Of a stretch of DNA of 64,000 bases, positions 18,302-27,969 are shown piece after piece. The DNA comes from an uncultured Chloroflexaceae bacterium (GTDB lineage Bacteria; Chloroflexota; Chloroflexia; Chloroflexales; Chloroflexaceae): NCBI GenBank assembly GCA_964575355.1, contig CAZNQP010000007.1, positions 5,038 through 69,037 of the forward strand, written 5' to 3'. Positions within the stretch are counted from its first letter, which is position 1. The number at the start of each line of letters is the position of its first letter. A model generated the notes under the pieces. That model had not been told where the DNA came from. It did not search any database and was given only the letters and a program-made list of their open reading frames with translations. A program made the translations under genes and the position numbers.

Positions 18302-19711
18302 TTAGCGTTTGCCGAGGTTCATGCCGAACACGCTCGGCGGCAACTTGAAGCCACTCGCCTCAAGCTTGTTGGTGAAACTCGGGCGCACGCCCGTCGGCCT
18401 CAGTTCGGTGATGTATTTGCCGTCAGGTCCCTTGCCCTTGATGTCGAGCAAGAAGATGTCTTGCAACACAATCGTGTTGCCTTCCATCCCCTGCACCTCG
18501 GTGATGTGCGATACCTTACGGCTCCCGTCATCAAGGCGCGTCTGCTGCACAATCAGGTGGATTGCCGAAGCAATCTGCTGCCGGATAACATCAAGCGGTA
18601 TATCCATCCCTGCCATCATAGACATTGTTTCAAGGCGGGCAAGTGCGTCGCGTGGCGTGTTGGCGTGCAGCGTCGTCAGCGAGCCGTCGTGCCCGGTGTT
18701 CATTGCCTGCAACATGTCGAGTGCCTCACCCGAACGACACTCGCCAACCACAATCCGCTCAGGGCGCATACGCAGCGAGTTAGTCACAAGGTCGCGGATG
18801 GCAACCTTCCCCGACCCGTCAATCTCGGCAGGCTTGGCTTCGAGGCGCACCACGTGATCCTGTGCCAATTGTAGTTCGGCACTGTCCTCAATCGTCACGA
18901 TGCGCTCACCGGGGGGCACGAAGTTCGACAGCACGTTCAGCAACGTGGTTTTCCCCGAACCCGTCCCACCCGACACCACAATGTTGAGGTGGCTCACCAC
19001 GCAGGCTTCGAGGAACTCAGCCATCTGGGGCGTGATACTGCCAAACTTGACGAGGTCGGATATTTGCAAGCGGTTCTTCGCGAACTTACGAATGGTGATG
19101 GTCGAGCCGTCAATCGCGCAGGGCGGAATGATAGCGTTGACGCGGCTCCCGTCCGGGAGGCGGGCATCCACCATGGGCCACTTGCGGTCAACGCGCCGCC
19201 CCAGCGGGCGGATGATACGGTCAATCACGCGCTGGACGTGCTCATCGTTGGCAAACCTGACATCCGATAGGGTCAGTTTCCCCTTACGCTCGACATAGAT
19301 ACGCTGAGGACCATTGACCATCACCTCCGAGACGCTGTCATCGTTGAGCAGCACCTGAATAGGACCAAAGCCCGTCAACTCGTGATAGACCATCTGGTAC
19401 AGCCGCTTGACCTCATTTTCGCTCAGGTTCATGTTAGTCTGGCGGTACAACTGGGCGAAGCGATCCTGAATCATCTTCTCCGCCTCGTCACCTTCCGGCA
19501 ACTGCCCCTGTTGCCCCACCGATGCCTGAATACGGTCGGCGATCCAGAGTGAGGCTTCCGTCATCTTGACAAGCAACTCGGGGTCAATCGCGGTGGTTTC
19601 GGTTGTGGCGGGGGCTACCGGTGCAGGGGCTGCCGCGCCGTTGCCTTCGGGGGGCATAGGCGGTGATCCCGCTTTCTTTTGCTCCTGCCCTTTATTCAGT
19701 CGCTTCAACAT
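18302..19711 (-). CDS. cpaF: CpaF/TadA-family type II/IV secretion ATPase
   Basis: Walker A GGTGSGKTT, RIVVGECRSGEALDML, His box GHDGSLTTLHAN. AAGGAG SD 8 nt upstream. Confidence 0.92.
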   Translation of the reverse strand: MLKRLNKGQEQKKAGSPPMPPEGNGAAAPAPVAPATTETTAIDPELLVKMTEASLWIADRIQASVGQQGQLPEGDEAEKMIQDRFAQLYRQTNMNLSENEVKRLYQMVYHELTGFGPIQVLLNDDSVSEVMVNGPQRIYVERKGKLTLSDVRFANDEHVQRVIDRIIRPLGRRVDRKWPMVDARLPDGSRVNAIIPPCAIDGSTITIRKFAKNRLQISDLVKFGSITPQMAEFLEACVVSHLNIVVSGGTGSGKTTLLNVLSNFVPPGERIVTIEDSAELQLAQDHVVRLEAKPAEIDGSGKVAIRDLVTNSLRMRPERIVVGECRSGEALDMLQAMNTGHDGSLTTLHANTPRDALARLETMSMMAGMDIPLDVIRQQIASAIHLIVQQTRLDDGSRKVSHITEVQGMEGNTIVLQDIFLLDIKGKGPDGKYITELRPTGVRPSFTNKLEASGFKLPPSVFGMNLGKR

Positions 19712-19748
19712 AGGCTATCTCCTTATGGGGTTTGGTCATGTCAGGGTC

Positions 19749-21176
19749 TCACGACAGCTTGACAAAGTAGGCTTCACACGCCCGGTCAAGCAGGGGGCGG
19801 CTCATCTCCGGGGTAATCCCGCGATACTTCGCTTCGTCGAGTATCTGGTCGCACAGGTCACGCGGGTGGCACGCCCGCAGGTCGCGCCCCGTCTTCATGT
19901 AATGCTCCTGAATGAGGTAGCGCAGACCTTCGTCACTATACGGGATGTTCTTCACTTTCGCAACAATCTTGAAGATTTCACGAAACTCGTTGGGCGAGGG
20001 GTTGGGCACCTCGATCTTGTGCCGGATACGTCGCAAGAACGCATCGTCTACTAAGTCGCTGGGGGATAGGTTGGTCGAGATGATGATGAGCACATCGAAC
20101 GGCACCGAAATCTTCTTGCCGTTTTGCAGGGCAAGGTAGTCTTCGCGCTTCTCCAGCGGCACGATCCAGCGGTTGAGCAGGTCTTGTGGGCGGCACTGCT
20201 GCCGTCCGAAGTCGTCAATCAGGAACAGCCCACCGTTGGCCTTCATCTGAAAGGGAGCTTCGTACACCTTTGAGATGGGGTCGAAGATCAACTCTAGTTG
20301 CTCAAGAATAAGCTCGCCCCCCACCACCACGCGCGGACGCTGAATGACCACCCAGCGAGCATCCGGAATATCGGTGCTTTGGGCGGTCGCGTTCCCAAAG
20401 GGGTCGCTCTCCTCTGAGACGGCCTTATTCTCTTTCAGCACCTTGTGGTTGAGCGGGTCGAACAACTTGATGACCTGCCCATCAATCTCGATGGCATATG
20501 GCACGATGATTGCGCCGCCCAACATTGCCGCCAGTCCGTCGGCGATGGTCGTCTTGCCGTTGCCCGGCGGACCGTACAGGAACAACGAACGCGCCGAGTT
20601 TGCCGCCGGACCAATGCGGTCGAGCATACGCTCGCTGATGACGATGTGACTAAACGCCTGCCGGATGGTCGGCTTGTCAACCACAAGGTCTTTGATGGTC
20701 TGGGCTTTCGTCATTTCGATATACTGGTGGAACGGTACGGGTGCCGGACCGGCATACAGTGTGCGGTCGAGCACCTCATTGACCTTGGCACGCCCCTTGC
20801 CCGCAATGATGTACTGATAGTTGCGCGGACCACCGAAGCCACCCGCGTCAGCCCCGATAATGTCTATGTATTCTTCCAGTTTGAGGAAGTCAAGGATTTT
20901 GTCGAGCACATTGAGAAACGGCAGGCGCGTCATCTCTTCCAGCCGTTGCCCGGTAATGTTCCCACTGAAGTAGATCACCTTCAACACAAGGTCGTTGAGA
21001 AACCCGACATTCAGCCCGGTTTCTTCTATCGAGCGGGGTTGCGACGGGATTGCCACCGACAGTTGCCGATTCTGGTTGGCGGGCGGTGAGGGTGCCGCCG
21101 GGAGCGGCGGGGCGGCAGGTTGTCCTTGCGCCGGTTGGGCACCCGCAGGGACAAATGGATTCAAGCGCGAACTCAT
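19749..21176 (-). CDS. classical AAA+ ATPase with unassigned ~190-aa N-terminal domain
   Basis: GPPGNGKTT (Walker A), LFLIDDFGRQ (Walker B), IIISTN (sensor 1), DDAFLRRIRHKIEV (Arg finger region). P/A/Q-rich N-terminus. Confidence 0.88.
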   Translation of the reverse strand: MSSRLNPFVPAGAQPAQGQPAAPPLPAAPSPPANQNRQLSVAIPSQPRSIEETGLNVGFLNDLVLKVIYFSGNITGQRLEEMTRLPFLNVLDKILDFLKLEEYIDIIGADAGGFGGPRNYQYIIAGKGRAKVNEVLDRTLYAGPAPVPFHQYIEMTKAQTIKDLVVDKPTIRQAFSHIVISERMLDRIGPAANSARSLFLYGPPGNGKTTIADGLAAMLGGAIIVPYAIEIDGQVIKLFDPLNHKVLKENKAVSEESDPFGNATAQSTDIPDARWVVIQRPRVVVGGELILEQLELIFDPISKVYEAPFQMKANGGLFLIDDFGRQQCRPQDLLNRWIVPLEKREDYLALQNGKKISVPFDVLIIISTNLSPSDLVDDAFLRRIRHKIEVPNPSPNEFREIFKIVAKVKNIPYSDEGLRYLIQEHYMKTGRDLRACHPRDLCDQILDEAKYRGITPEMSRPLLDRACEAYFVKLS

Positions 21177-21278
21177 ACTTACTCCTCGGCTTGTGTGACA
21201 TCTCGCTCAAGGTACGGTACGCAACGATACGCAGCAGAGGCATTGACAAGCAGGCGACTGCGCCGCCGCGACAGCTTC

Positions 21279-21307
21279 AGTATACCCTGTGGCTTGCAAT
21301 CGTGCAA
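21279..21307 (-). promoter_or_regulatory. sigma70-type promoter TTGCAC-17-TATACT for the AAA+/cpaF operon
   Basis: Minus strand reads TTGCAC gattgcaagccacaggg TATACT, in the 147-bp spacer after the RluA-family gene. Confidence 0.55.
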
Positions 21308-21323
21308 TAGTACCAACGTTATA

Positions 21324-22331
21324 CTAGTGTGGTAGCCACGTCTGCCATGCGGCACCCGCCCCACCAAGCACCGCCTGCATGTCGGGCGGCGGTGGCGCGA
21401 GCAGCACGGTGGGCTGTGCGGTGACGGGGTGGGGTAGTGCCATACGGACGGCGTGCAGCATCTGGCGTGGCACCGCCTGCCCGCGCCACGCGGGTTGCCC
21501 GCCATACTTCGCATCGCCCAGCAGGGGGTACCCGATGTGCGCGGCATGCAGGCGTATCTGGTGGGTGCGCCCAGTGTGCAGCGTCGCCAGCAACACCGCC
21601 GCCCCTGCCAGCCGTTGCACCACCACGAACGTCGTGTGGGCAAACCGCACGCGACTGCCGTTCGGCAGTGCCATGCCCACCTCATCGGTGCGGTACAGCC
21701 GCCAGCGTCCGCGTGCGCCGCGCCCGTGCCCAGTCTGCACATCATAGCTCGCAGCGGGGGGATCGCCGCCTACAAGACACAGGTAATGCTTGACCACCGC
21801 GCCCGTATTGAACAGCAGTTGCATCGCCCCGTTGAGGGCAGGGTCAAGCGTACAGAGTAGCACCCCCGACGTGTCGCGGTCAAGCTGGTGGGTTAGGTGC
21901 AACGGCGGCGGCGACGGCTCGGTAGCGTGCAGCCACGCAGTCAGCGCAACCCGCAGGTTGCCGTGGACATCCCATGGGGTGGGGGTACTGTACCAGCCGG
22001 GTTGCTTGTTCACTGCTAGCAACCACGGGTCGCGGTAGCATAGATCGGCAGCCGTGATGGTAATGTGACGGTACTGCTGGTCGGGCGGGCGGTGCAGCAC
22101 GAGTTGGTCGCCTGCTGCGAGCGGCTGTGTGTAGGCAACGGGCAACACGCGCCGCCCGTTGCACCACACCCCCTGATGCTGCAACACGGCGGCGGCGGCA
22201 ACCGCCCCTAGCCGTGCCACCACCACCGCTCGCAACGACGCGCCCGCCTGCTGTGCGTCTATCGTGAGCTGAATATAGCTGTCGTAGCTTTCGTACGCCG
22301 CCGAGGGTTGCGCCGTGTCATTGTCGCCCAT
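21324..22331 (-). CDS. RluA-family pseudouridine synthase with N-terminal S4-like domain
   Basis: Catalytic motif HQLDRDTSGVLL and HTGRTHQIR. Confidence 0.9.
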   Translation of the reverse strand: MGDNDTAQPSAAYESYDSYIQLTIDAQQAGASLRAVVVARLGAVAAAAVLQHQGVWCNGRRVLPVAYTQPLAAGDQLVLHRPPDQQYRHITITAADLCYRDPWLLAVNKQPGWYSTPTPWDVHGNLRVALTAWLHATEPSPPPLHLTHQLDRDTSGVLLCTLDPALNGAMQLLFNTGAVVKHYLCLVGGDPPAASYDVQTGHGRGARGRWRLYRTDEVGMALPNGSRVRFAHTTFVVVQRLAGAAVLLATLHTGRTHQIRLHAAHIGYPLLGDAKYGGQPAWRGQAVPRQMLHAVRMALPHPVTAQPTVLLAPPPPDMQAVLGGAGAAWQTWLPH

Positions 22332-22337
22332 ACGCCG

Positions 22338-23690
22338 CTACTGAATGCGTTCGAGGTCGGGGTTATCGCACGCCTGCCGCCCAACCTTCGCCATGTCGTA
22401 CCACGCGCCGTTGACCTGCACCCGCACAATGTCGGCGGTGAAGTCGTTGTTGGTACCGTCGCTACTGCTGTTGCTATACAACGACGACCCCACCCCATAA
22501 ATGTCCACAGGCACGCCCAGTGCCTCGAAGCGCGTAATCTTCTCGCGGTCGAAGCCGCCCGTGGCAACCAGTTGCACATTGCGGCACCACGCACGGGCAC
22601 GGTCGTGCCAGCTTTCCGGCACATCCCAGCGTTGCCACGCCGTGTTGATCGCCTCGCGCAACGTAAACATCAGGCGCGGGGTCACGCCCATGTCGGTCTG
22701 CTTAAGACCCAGCGGCGGCACACTCACGTCGCGCAATGCCCCGCTCGTGTCGGGGCGCACCGCCGCCAACACATAACGGCGGGCGTTGGCGTGGTCGCCC
22801 GCGTCGGTCAGTTCGCGGTAGCGGGCGAACATGGCATCCATCACCGCCAGCGTGGTGCCAACACAGTCATTGTCGAAGTCTACTAACGCAGTCCGCATGA
22901 CCGCCGGGTCAATCGCGGCAGCAAACGCCAGCATCACCGCCGGGGTGTCACCGAGGAAGGCGGCAATGCCTGCGTGTGCCATGGTGCCGCTCCCCGTGCC
23001 GCCCCACCACGCACCCTGCGCCGCCGTCGAGACGATGACCGGGGCTTGCTTACCGCTGTCGTGGTTGTAGCGTTGCACCCCGATGCGGTAGGCATAGCCG
23101 TCGGCAGCCTGCACGGAGTATGCGTCGAAGCGTGCCGGGAAAAACAACACGGGCTTCCCGCGTGCCGCCTGCATCGTCAGGTAGACGTTGGTGGCAATGC
23201 GGGATGCCCGCCCTAGCGCACCCAGCGTGGTCGTTTCGAGCATGGCAAAGTCGCGGTAGCGTCCGCGCACCTTCAGGACGGGGCGCACCGCACGCGGGTC
23301 GCCGTCGTAGGGCACCAGCACGCCATCATGCACCGCCTCGACGGCAAGGTTGTGGTAGGTATTGACGAACTGACCATCGGCGAAATAGCCCGTCGCCACG
23401 CGCAGCATCGCTAGGGCTTCGTCTACGCCTGCCACCACCGTGCAGGGCGCACGGCGCGTAAACCACTGCATTTCCACCACTCCATCGCCCACCGGTAGCC
23501 CGCCCGCATCCACGCCCTGTGCCGCCAGCCGCGCTGAATGTCCGGCGAAGCGTGCATCGTGGTTGGCAGTATGCTCAAGCAGACGTACAATGTTCACGAA
23601 GTACTGGTCTGTGTAGTAGCCCTGCTGGAGACGGGGCACATCGAGGGCAAGCACCTCTTCCGCCAGTCGTGCTTGGTCAAAGATACTCAT
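22338..23690 (-). CDS. pncB: nicotinate phosphoribosyltransferase
   Basis: ATG at 23690 follows GGAGG. MSIFDQ...QQGYYTDQYF is a NAPRTase-type N-terminus. About 450 aa. The upstream 28 codons of the ORF were discarded. Confidence 0.8.
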   Translation of the reverse strand: MSIFDQARLAEEVLALDVPRLQQGYYTDQYFVNIVRLLEHTANHDARFAGHSARLAAQGVDAGGLPVGDGVVEMQWFTRRAPCTVVAGVDEALAMLRVATGYFADGQFVNTYHNLAVEAVHDGVLVPYDGDPRAVRPVLKVRGRYRDFAMLETTTLGALGRASRIATNVYLTMQAARGKPVLFFPARFDAYSVQAADGYAYRIGVQRYNHDSGKQAPVIVSTAAQGAWWGGTGSGTMAHAGIAAFLGDTPAVMLAFAAAIDPAVMRTALVDFDNDCVGTTLAVMDAMFARYRELTDAGDHANARRYVLAAVRPDTSGALRDVSVPPLGLKQTDMGVTPRLMFTLREAINTAWQRWDVPESWHDRARAWCRNVQLVATGGFDREKITRFEALGVPVDIYGVGSSLYSNSSSDGTNNDFTADIVRVQVNGAWYDMAKVGRQACDNPDLERIQ

Positions 23691-23730
23691 TGCTGCCTCC
23701 TCACGGCAAATAGTGTCATACTGACAATAA

Positions 23731-23759
23731 ATTATAGGCGCGAACGGGCTACCTGTCAA
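23731..23759 (-). promoter_or_regulatory. consensus sigma70 promoter TTGACA-17-TATAAT for pncB
   Basis: Minus strand reads TTGACA ggtagcccgttcgcgcc TATAAT. The palindrome TGTCAgtaTGACA (23714-23726) sits at the predicted start site. Confidence 0.7.
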
Positions 23760-23826
23760 GCACACCCGACACACCCGGCAGGCTCAGCAATACACCACGC
23801 ACCCGCCCAGAAAGCCGAGGGGTGCG

Positions 23827-23835
23827 TGGTATAAT
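23827..23835 (+). promoter_or_regulatory. extended -10 TGGTATAAT upstream of radA
   Basis: 48 nt before the radA ATG. Overlaps the 3' arm of an 11-bp perfect inverted repeat (23794-23804 / 23820-23830). Confidence 0.5.
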
Positions 23836-23883
23836 GCAAAGAGGCACATAGTCAGCAACTGCCGAGGGCAGGCGGCAACATAC

Positions 23884-25266
23884 ATGGCAAAAACACGAAC
23901 CCATTTTATCTGTCAACAATGCGGGGCGCGGTTTGCGCGCTGGCAGGGGCGGTGCTCGGAATGTGGCACATGGGACAGCCTCGTCGAAGAAGTTATTGCG
24001 CTGCGCGGCGGTACCGCCGCCCCCACGACCACCAGCATTGAGCAACCCGTTGCCTTACGCAACGTCTCGTCCTCCGAAGATGCCCGCCTCCCCGTGTTTA
24101 GTAGCGAACTGGCACGAGTGCTCGGCGGCGGGGTTGTCCCCGGCTCGGTGGTACTCATTGGCGGCGACCCCGGCATCGGCAAGTCCACGCTCCTCACCCA
24201 GATGGGCGCGGTCTTCGCGCAGCAGGTGGGCAAAACGCTGTACATCAGTGCCGAGGAGTCCGCCCGCCAAATCAAACTGCGGGCGCAACGACTCAACCTC
24301 GACCCTGCCGACCTGTACATCTCCTCGGAAACCTCGCTCGACCTGATTGTGCAGCAGGTGCAACAACTCGAACCGCACCTCGTCATTGTCGACTCGATCC
24401 AGACGGTCTACCTTGAAAGCATCAGTTCGGCGGCAGGCAGCGTCAGTCAGGTGCGCGAGTGTGCGCTCCGCCTGATGCAACTTGCCAAGCACAGCGGCAT
24501 CCCGGTCTTTCTGGTGGGGCATGTCACGAAAGAGGGCGCAATCGCCGGACCGCGTGTGCTCGAACATATCGTGGATGCGGTGCTCTACCTCGAGGGCGAC
24601 CGCTTTCACCACTACCGCCTGCTACGCGGGGTCAAAAACCGCTTTGGCAGCACCAACGAGGTGGGCGTATTCGAGATGACGCAGGACGGTATGCGCGAAG
24701 TCGCCAACCCGTCGCAGGCGTTCATTGCGGAGCGGAGTGCAGGCTCGCCCGGCTCGATGGTGGCGGTGATGCTCGAAGGGACGCGCCCGCTACTGGTGGA
24801 GGTACAAGCCCTCACGTCGTATACCAGCAGTGCCCAGCCACGCCGCACCGCCAACGGCTTCGACCCCAACCGCCTGCTCATGCTGGTGGCGGTGCTCTCG
24901 AAGCGTGTGGGGCTGACGCTTTATAACCAAGATATTTATGTCAACATTGTGGGCGGGCTACGCATTGGCGAGCCTGCCGCTGACCTCGCGGTTGCGCTGG
25001 CAATTGCCTCGTCCTTCCGTAACGCCCGCATCGAGCCGACACTGGTGTGTATAGGCGAGGTGGGGCTGTCGGGCGAGTTACGGAGCGTCAGCCAACTTGA
25101 CCAACGGCTAGGCGAAGCTGCCCGGCTTGGCTTTACGCAGGCATTGGTGCCGATCCGTGACAAACTCCCGCACGTGGATGGACTGACGGTCGTTGCAGTC
25201 CGTTCACTCGCCGATGTGGTCGCGCAGGTGCTGCGGCAGACGCAACCGGAAAGTTCAGCCTCATGA
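23884..25266 (+). CDS. radA: DNA repair protein RadA/Sms
   Basis: Zinc finger CQQCG...CSECG, Walker A GGDPGIGKST, KNRFG motif, Lon-like C-terminal domain. Confidence 0.96.
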   Translation: MAKTRTHFICQQCGARFARWQGRCSECGTWDSLVEEVIALRGGTAAPTTTSIEQPVALRNVSSSEDARLPVFSSELARVLGGGVVPGSVVLIGGDPGIGKSTLLTQMGAVFAQQVGKTLYISAEESARQIKLRAQRLNLDPADLYISSETSLDLIVQQVQQLEPHLVIVDSIQTVYLESISSAAGSVSQVRECALRLMQLAKHSGIPVFLVGHVTKEGAIAGPRVLEHIVDAVLYLEGDRFHHYRLLRGVKNRFGSTNEVGVFEMTQDGMREVANPSQAFIAERSAGSPGSMVAVMLEGTRPLLVEVQALTSYTSSAQPRRTANGFDPNRLLMLVAVLSKRVGLTLYNQDIYVNIVGGLRIGEPAADLAVALAIASSFRNARIEPTLVCIGEVGLSGELRSVSQLDQRLGEAARLGFTQALVPIRDKLPHVDGLTVVAVRSLADVVAQVLRQTQPESSAS

Positions 25267-26402
25267 CCATGAGTACGCGCCTTTTCATCCGGCTGGTAGG
25301 CATGCTCCTGCTTGGCTATGCCGGGGGCTGGGTCGGCACTGCCCTCGCTGGCAGTACCATCACCGCTACCGAACAGCAAGCCATCTGGTTGCTCATTCTG
25401 TCTGGGGCGGGACTCGGGTTGATCGTTGCACCGCGCCTCACCATCGAGCCACTTGACACCCTGCTCCAGCGTATCCGGCAGATGTCGCTGATTGACTTTT
25501 TCTTTACCGTGGGCGGCGGCTTCGGCGGCTTGCTCTTCGCGGTGCTGTGGGCGGTGCCGCTCGCGCTGTTGCCGCCCCCGCTGAACCAGTTTCTGCCGCT
25601 GGTTGTCACGGCGGCGTGTGTGTATGTCGGGGCGGCGGCATGCTACCAGAGCCGCGAGACGCTCCACAACGGGCTGCGGGCACTGCGCCACAATGCCCAC
25701 GAACTGCTCGACGAAGCCCGCCACCTTGTGGGGCAAGAGGCGACCACTAGCAACCGCCACTTCCTGATTGACACCAGTGCCATCATTGATGGGCGCATCC
25801 TCGAAGTAGTCCAGACGGGCTTTATGGACGGGGTGCTGGTGGTGCCGCAGTTTGTGCTGCACGAATTACAAACCCTCGCCGACTCAAGCGACGACCTGCG
25901 GCGTGCCAAAGGACGACGTGGGCTTGAGTTGCTCAAGCAGATGCAAGAAGAGCCAATCTTACCCGTTGAAATCCTCGATGTCGAGGCAAGTGCTAGCAAC
26001 CGGGTAGACGACAGCTTGGTGGTGCTTGCCCGCCAGAATGACTGGGCGATCATTACCAACGACTTCAACCTCAACCGCGTCGCTGGCTTGCAGGGCGTGC
26101 AGGTACTCAGCCTCAACGCCCTGAGCGATGCCGTGCGCCCGCCCGTCGTCCAAGACCAGCAACTCAAGGTGCTGATACGCAACGAGGGCAACACGCGCCA
26201 GCAAGGAGTAGGCTACCTCGAAGATGGCACGCCCGTTGTGGTGGAAGAAGCCCGGAGCCTGATCGGGCAGACGGTGGACGTGGTTGTGACGCGCCTGTTG
26301 CAAACCCAGAGCGGACGGCTCGTGTTTGCCCAACTTGATGACGGCAGTCCGCCGGTCTATCGCGGCAGCGACAGCGGGCGTTCGTCGGCACAGGGGGGCT
26401 AG
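25263..26402 (+). CDS. membrane-anchored PIN/TRAM domain protein (YacL-like)
   Basis: ATGA overlap with radA. 3-4 N-terminal TM helices, PIN core ([13 protein letters not shown]...TNDFNL), C-terminal TRAM-like beta domain. radA-yacL synteny as in Firmicutes. Confidence 0.85.
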   Translation: MTMSTRLFIRLVGMLLLGYAGGWVGTALAGSTITATEQQAIWLLILSGAGLGLIVAPRLTIEPLDTLLQRIRQMSLIDFFFTVGGGFGGLLFAVLWAVPLALLPPPLNQFLPLVVTAACVYVGAAACYQSRETLHNGLRALRHNAHELLDEARHLVGQEATTSNRHFLIDTSAIIDGRILEVVQTGFMDGVLVVPQFVLHELQTLADSSDDLRRAKGRRGLELLKQMQEEPILPVEILDVEASASNRVDDSLVVLARQNDWAIITNDFNLNRVAGLQGVQVLSLNALSDAVRPPVVQDQQLKVLIRNEGNTRQQGVGYLEDGTPVVVEEARSLIGQTVDVVVTRLLQTQSGRLVFAQLDDGSPPVYRGSDSGRSSAQGG

Positions 26403-26406
26403 GCAC

Positions 26407-26916
26407 ATGCGGGCACTGCTCCAGCGCGTGCGCTCGGCATCAGTGACGGTAGACGATACCGTTGTTGGCGCAATAGACCACGGTTTGCTTGTGCTCCTTG
26501 GCGTGTGCAGCGACGACACCCACGCGACTGCCGCGCTCCTTGCCGACAAAACGGCCCACCTGCGTATCTTCAGTGCTGCCGACGGACGCTTTCAGCACTC
26601 GCTGCACGACGTAGGCGGCGCGGCACTGGTGGTATCACAGTTTACGCTGTATGCCGACACGCGCAAGGGGCGCAGACCGTCGTTCGTCGCCGCCGCACCG
26701 CCCGACCACGCCGCGCCGCTCGTCGCACACTTCGCCGCGACACTACGCGCACAGGGCATCGGTGTGGCAACTGGGCAGTTTGGAGCCATGATGCAGGTCG
26801 CCCTCGTCAATGACGGTCCGGTTACTATCTGGCTCGACAGTGCAACGTGGCAGCAACCCCGCAACGGCGGCGACCCAACCAACCCCGCTAGCAACCCGCA
26901 CGAGGCAACCGCATGA
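26407..26916 (+). CDS. dtd: D-aminoacyl-tRNA deacylase
   Basis: ATG at 26407. [32 protein letters not shown]. Confidence 0.93.
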   Translation: MRALLQRVRSASVTVDDTVVGAIDHGLLVLLGVCSDDTHATAALLADKTAHLRIFSAADGRFQHSLHDVGGAALVVSQFTLYADTRKGRRPSFVAAAPPDHAAPLVAHFAATLRAQGIGVATGQFGAMMQVALVNDGPVTIWLDSATWQQPRNGGDPTNPASNPHEATA

Positions 26917-27368
26917 CGGATAGCACCCTGCCAAGCCCGCTTGTCTGCGCGATTAGCCGCGGAGTAGACGTATACGTTGCGATGGGCTACGGGCGCGACC
27001 TCGCCATACAACTGGGGTTTGACCCCGTGAACCGCACCCGTATCGAAATTGCTATTCTCGAATTGACCCGCAACCTGCTTGCTCACGCCGGCGGGGGCAC
27101 CATTCAACTCGCCGTTGTGCGCGACCCCACCGCCGGTACCGGGGTAGCCCTCGATGTACACGATAACGGACCGGGCATCGCCGACATCACGCTCGCCATG
27201 CGCGACGGCTACAGCACCACCGCCACACTTGGCGCAGGGTTGCCCGCTGTACAACGCCTGATGGACGAGTTCAGCCTGACCTCCGAGGTCGGACACGGCA
27301 CGCACGTCCGTGCCATCAAATGGCTGACGAGCCGCCCATCCGCTTACGACAAGGAACAAGAGGTATGA
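26913..27368 (+). CDS. rsbT: RsbT-like GHKL serine kinase / switch protein
   Basis: ATGA overlap with dtd. [20 protein letters not shown], and [38 protein letters not shown] match my memory of B. subtilis RsbT closely. Confidence 0.85.
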   Translation: MTDSTLPSPLVCAISRGVDVYVAMGYGRDLAIQLGFDPVNRTRIEIAILELTRNLLAHAGGGTIQLAVVRDPTAGTGVALDVHDNGPGIADITLAMRDGYSTTATLGAGLPAVQRLMDEFSLTSEVGHGTHVRAIKWLTSRPSAYDKEQEV

Positions 27369-27955
27369 CCATAGTCTGTGGTATCGCCGCCCGCCCCAAA
27401 GAAGGCGCAACCATTAGCGGAGATAGCTATGCCTACGCCAGCAGCGCAACCGGTATCACGCTGGTTGCCGTCATAGACGGGCTGGGGAGCGGTGAACTAG
27501 CCAACCTTGCCGCCCGCACCGCCGCCGAGATACTGCAAGCCGCCCCCGAACGCCCACTTGAGGTGTTGCTGAAGCAGGCGCACACCGCCCTCAACCACAC
27601 GCGCGGAGCCGTGATCGGCGCACTCCGCCTCGAACACCGCACCCGCACCGCCCGCTACATGGGGGTGGGCAACATTGGCATTCACGTCTATGGCAACCCG
27701 TCCATCCGTCCCATCTCAAAGAACGGCATCCTTGGCTATCGGCTTCCCACATTGCTTGAACTGAGCTACCAATACAATTTTGGCGATACCTTCGTTCTTT
27801 ACAGTGATGGCGTGGCATCACGCTTTTTTGCCACCGCCGACCCACAGCAGCCTGATGCGCCGCAAGCACTCGCCGACTACATACTGGAACACTATGGCAA
27901 ACGCAACGACGATGCAACAGTCGTGGTTATCCGCGAAGACGCGCTGGAACAATAG
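27365..27955 (+). CDS. rsbX: RsbX-like small PP2C (SpoIIE-type) phosphatase
   Basis: ATGA overlap with the rsbT-like gene. SGDSY, IDGLGSGELA (compare RsbX ADGLGSGSLA), GVGN, YSDG, NDDATVV. Confidence 0.82.
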   Translation: MTIVCGIAARPKEGATISGDSYAYASSATGITLVAVIDGLGSGELANLAARTAAEILQAAPERPLEVLLKQAHTALNHTRGAVIGALRLEHRTRTARYMGVGNIGIHVYGNPSIRPISKNGILGYRLPTLLELSYQYNFGDTFVLYSDGVASRFFATADPQQPDAPQALADYILEHYGKRNDDATVVVIREDALEQ

Positions 27956-27969
27956 GATGATAGAGGCAT

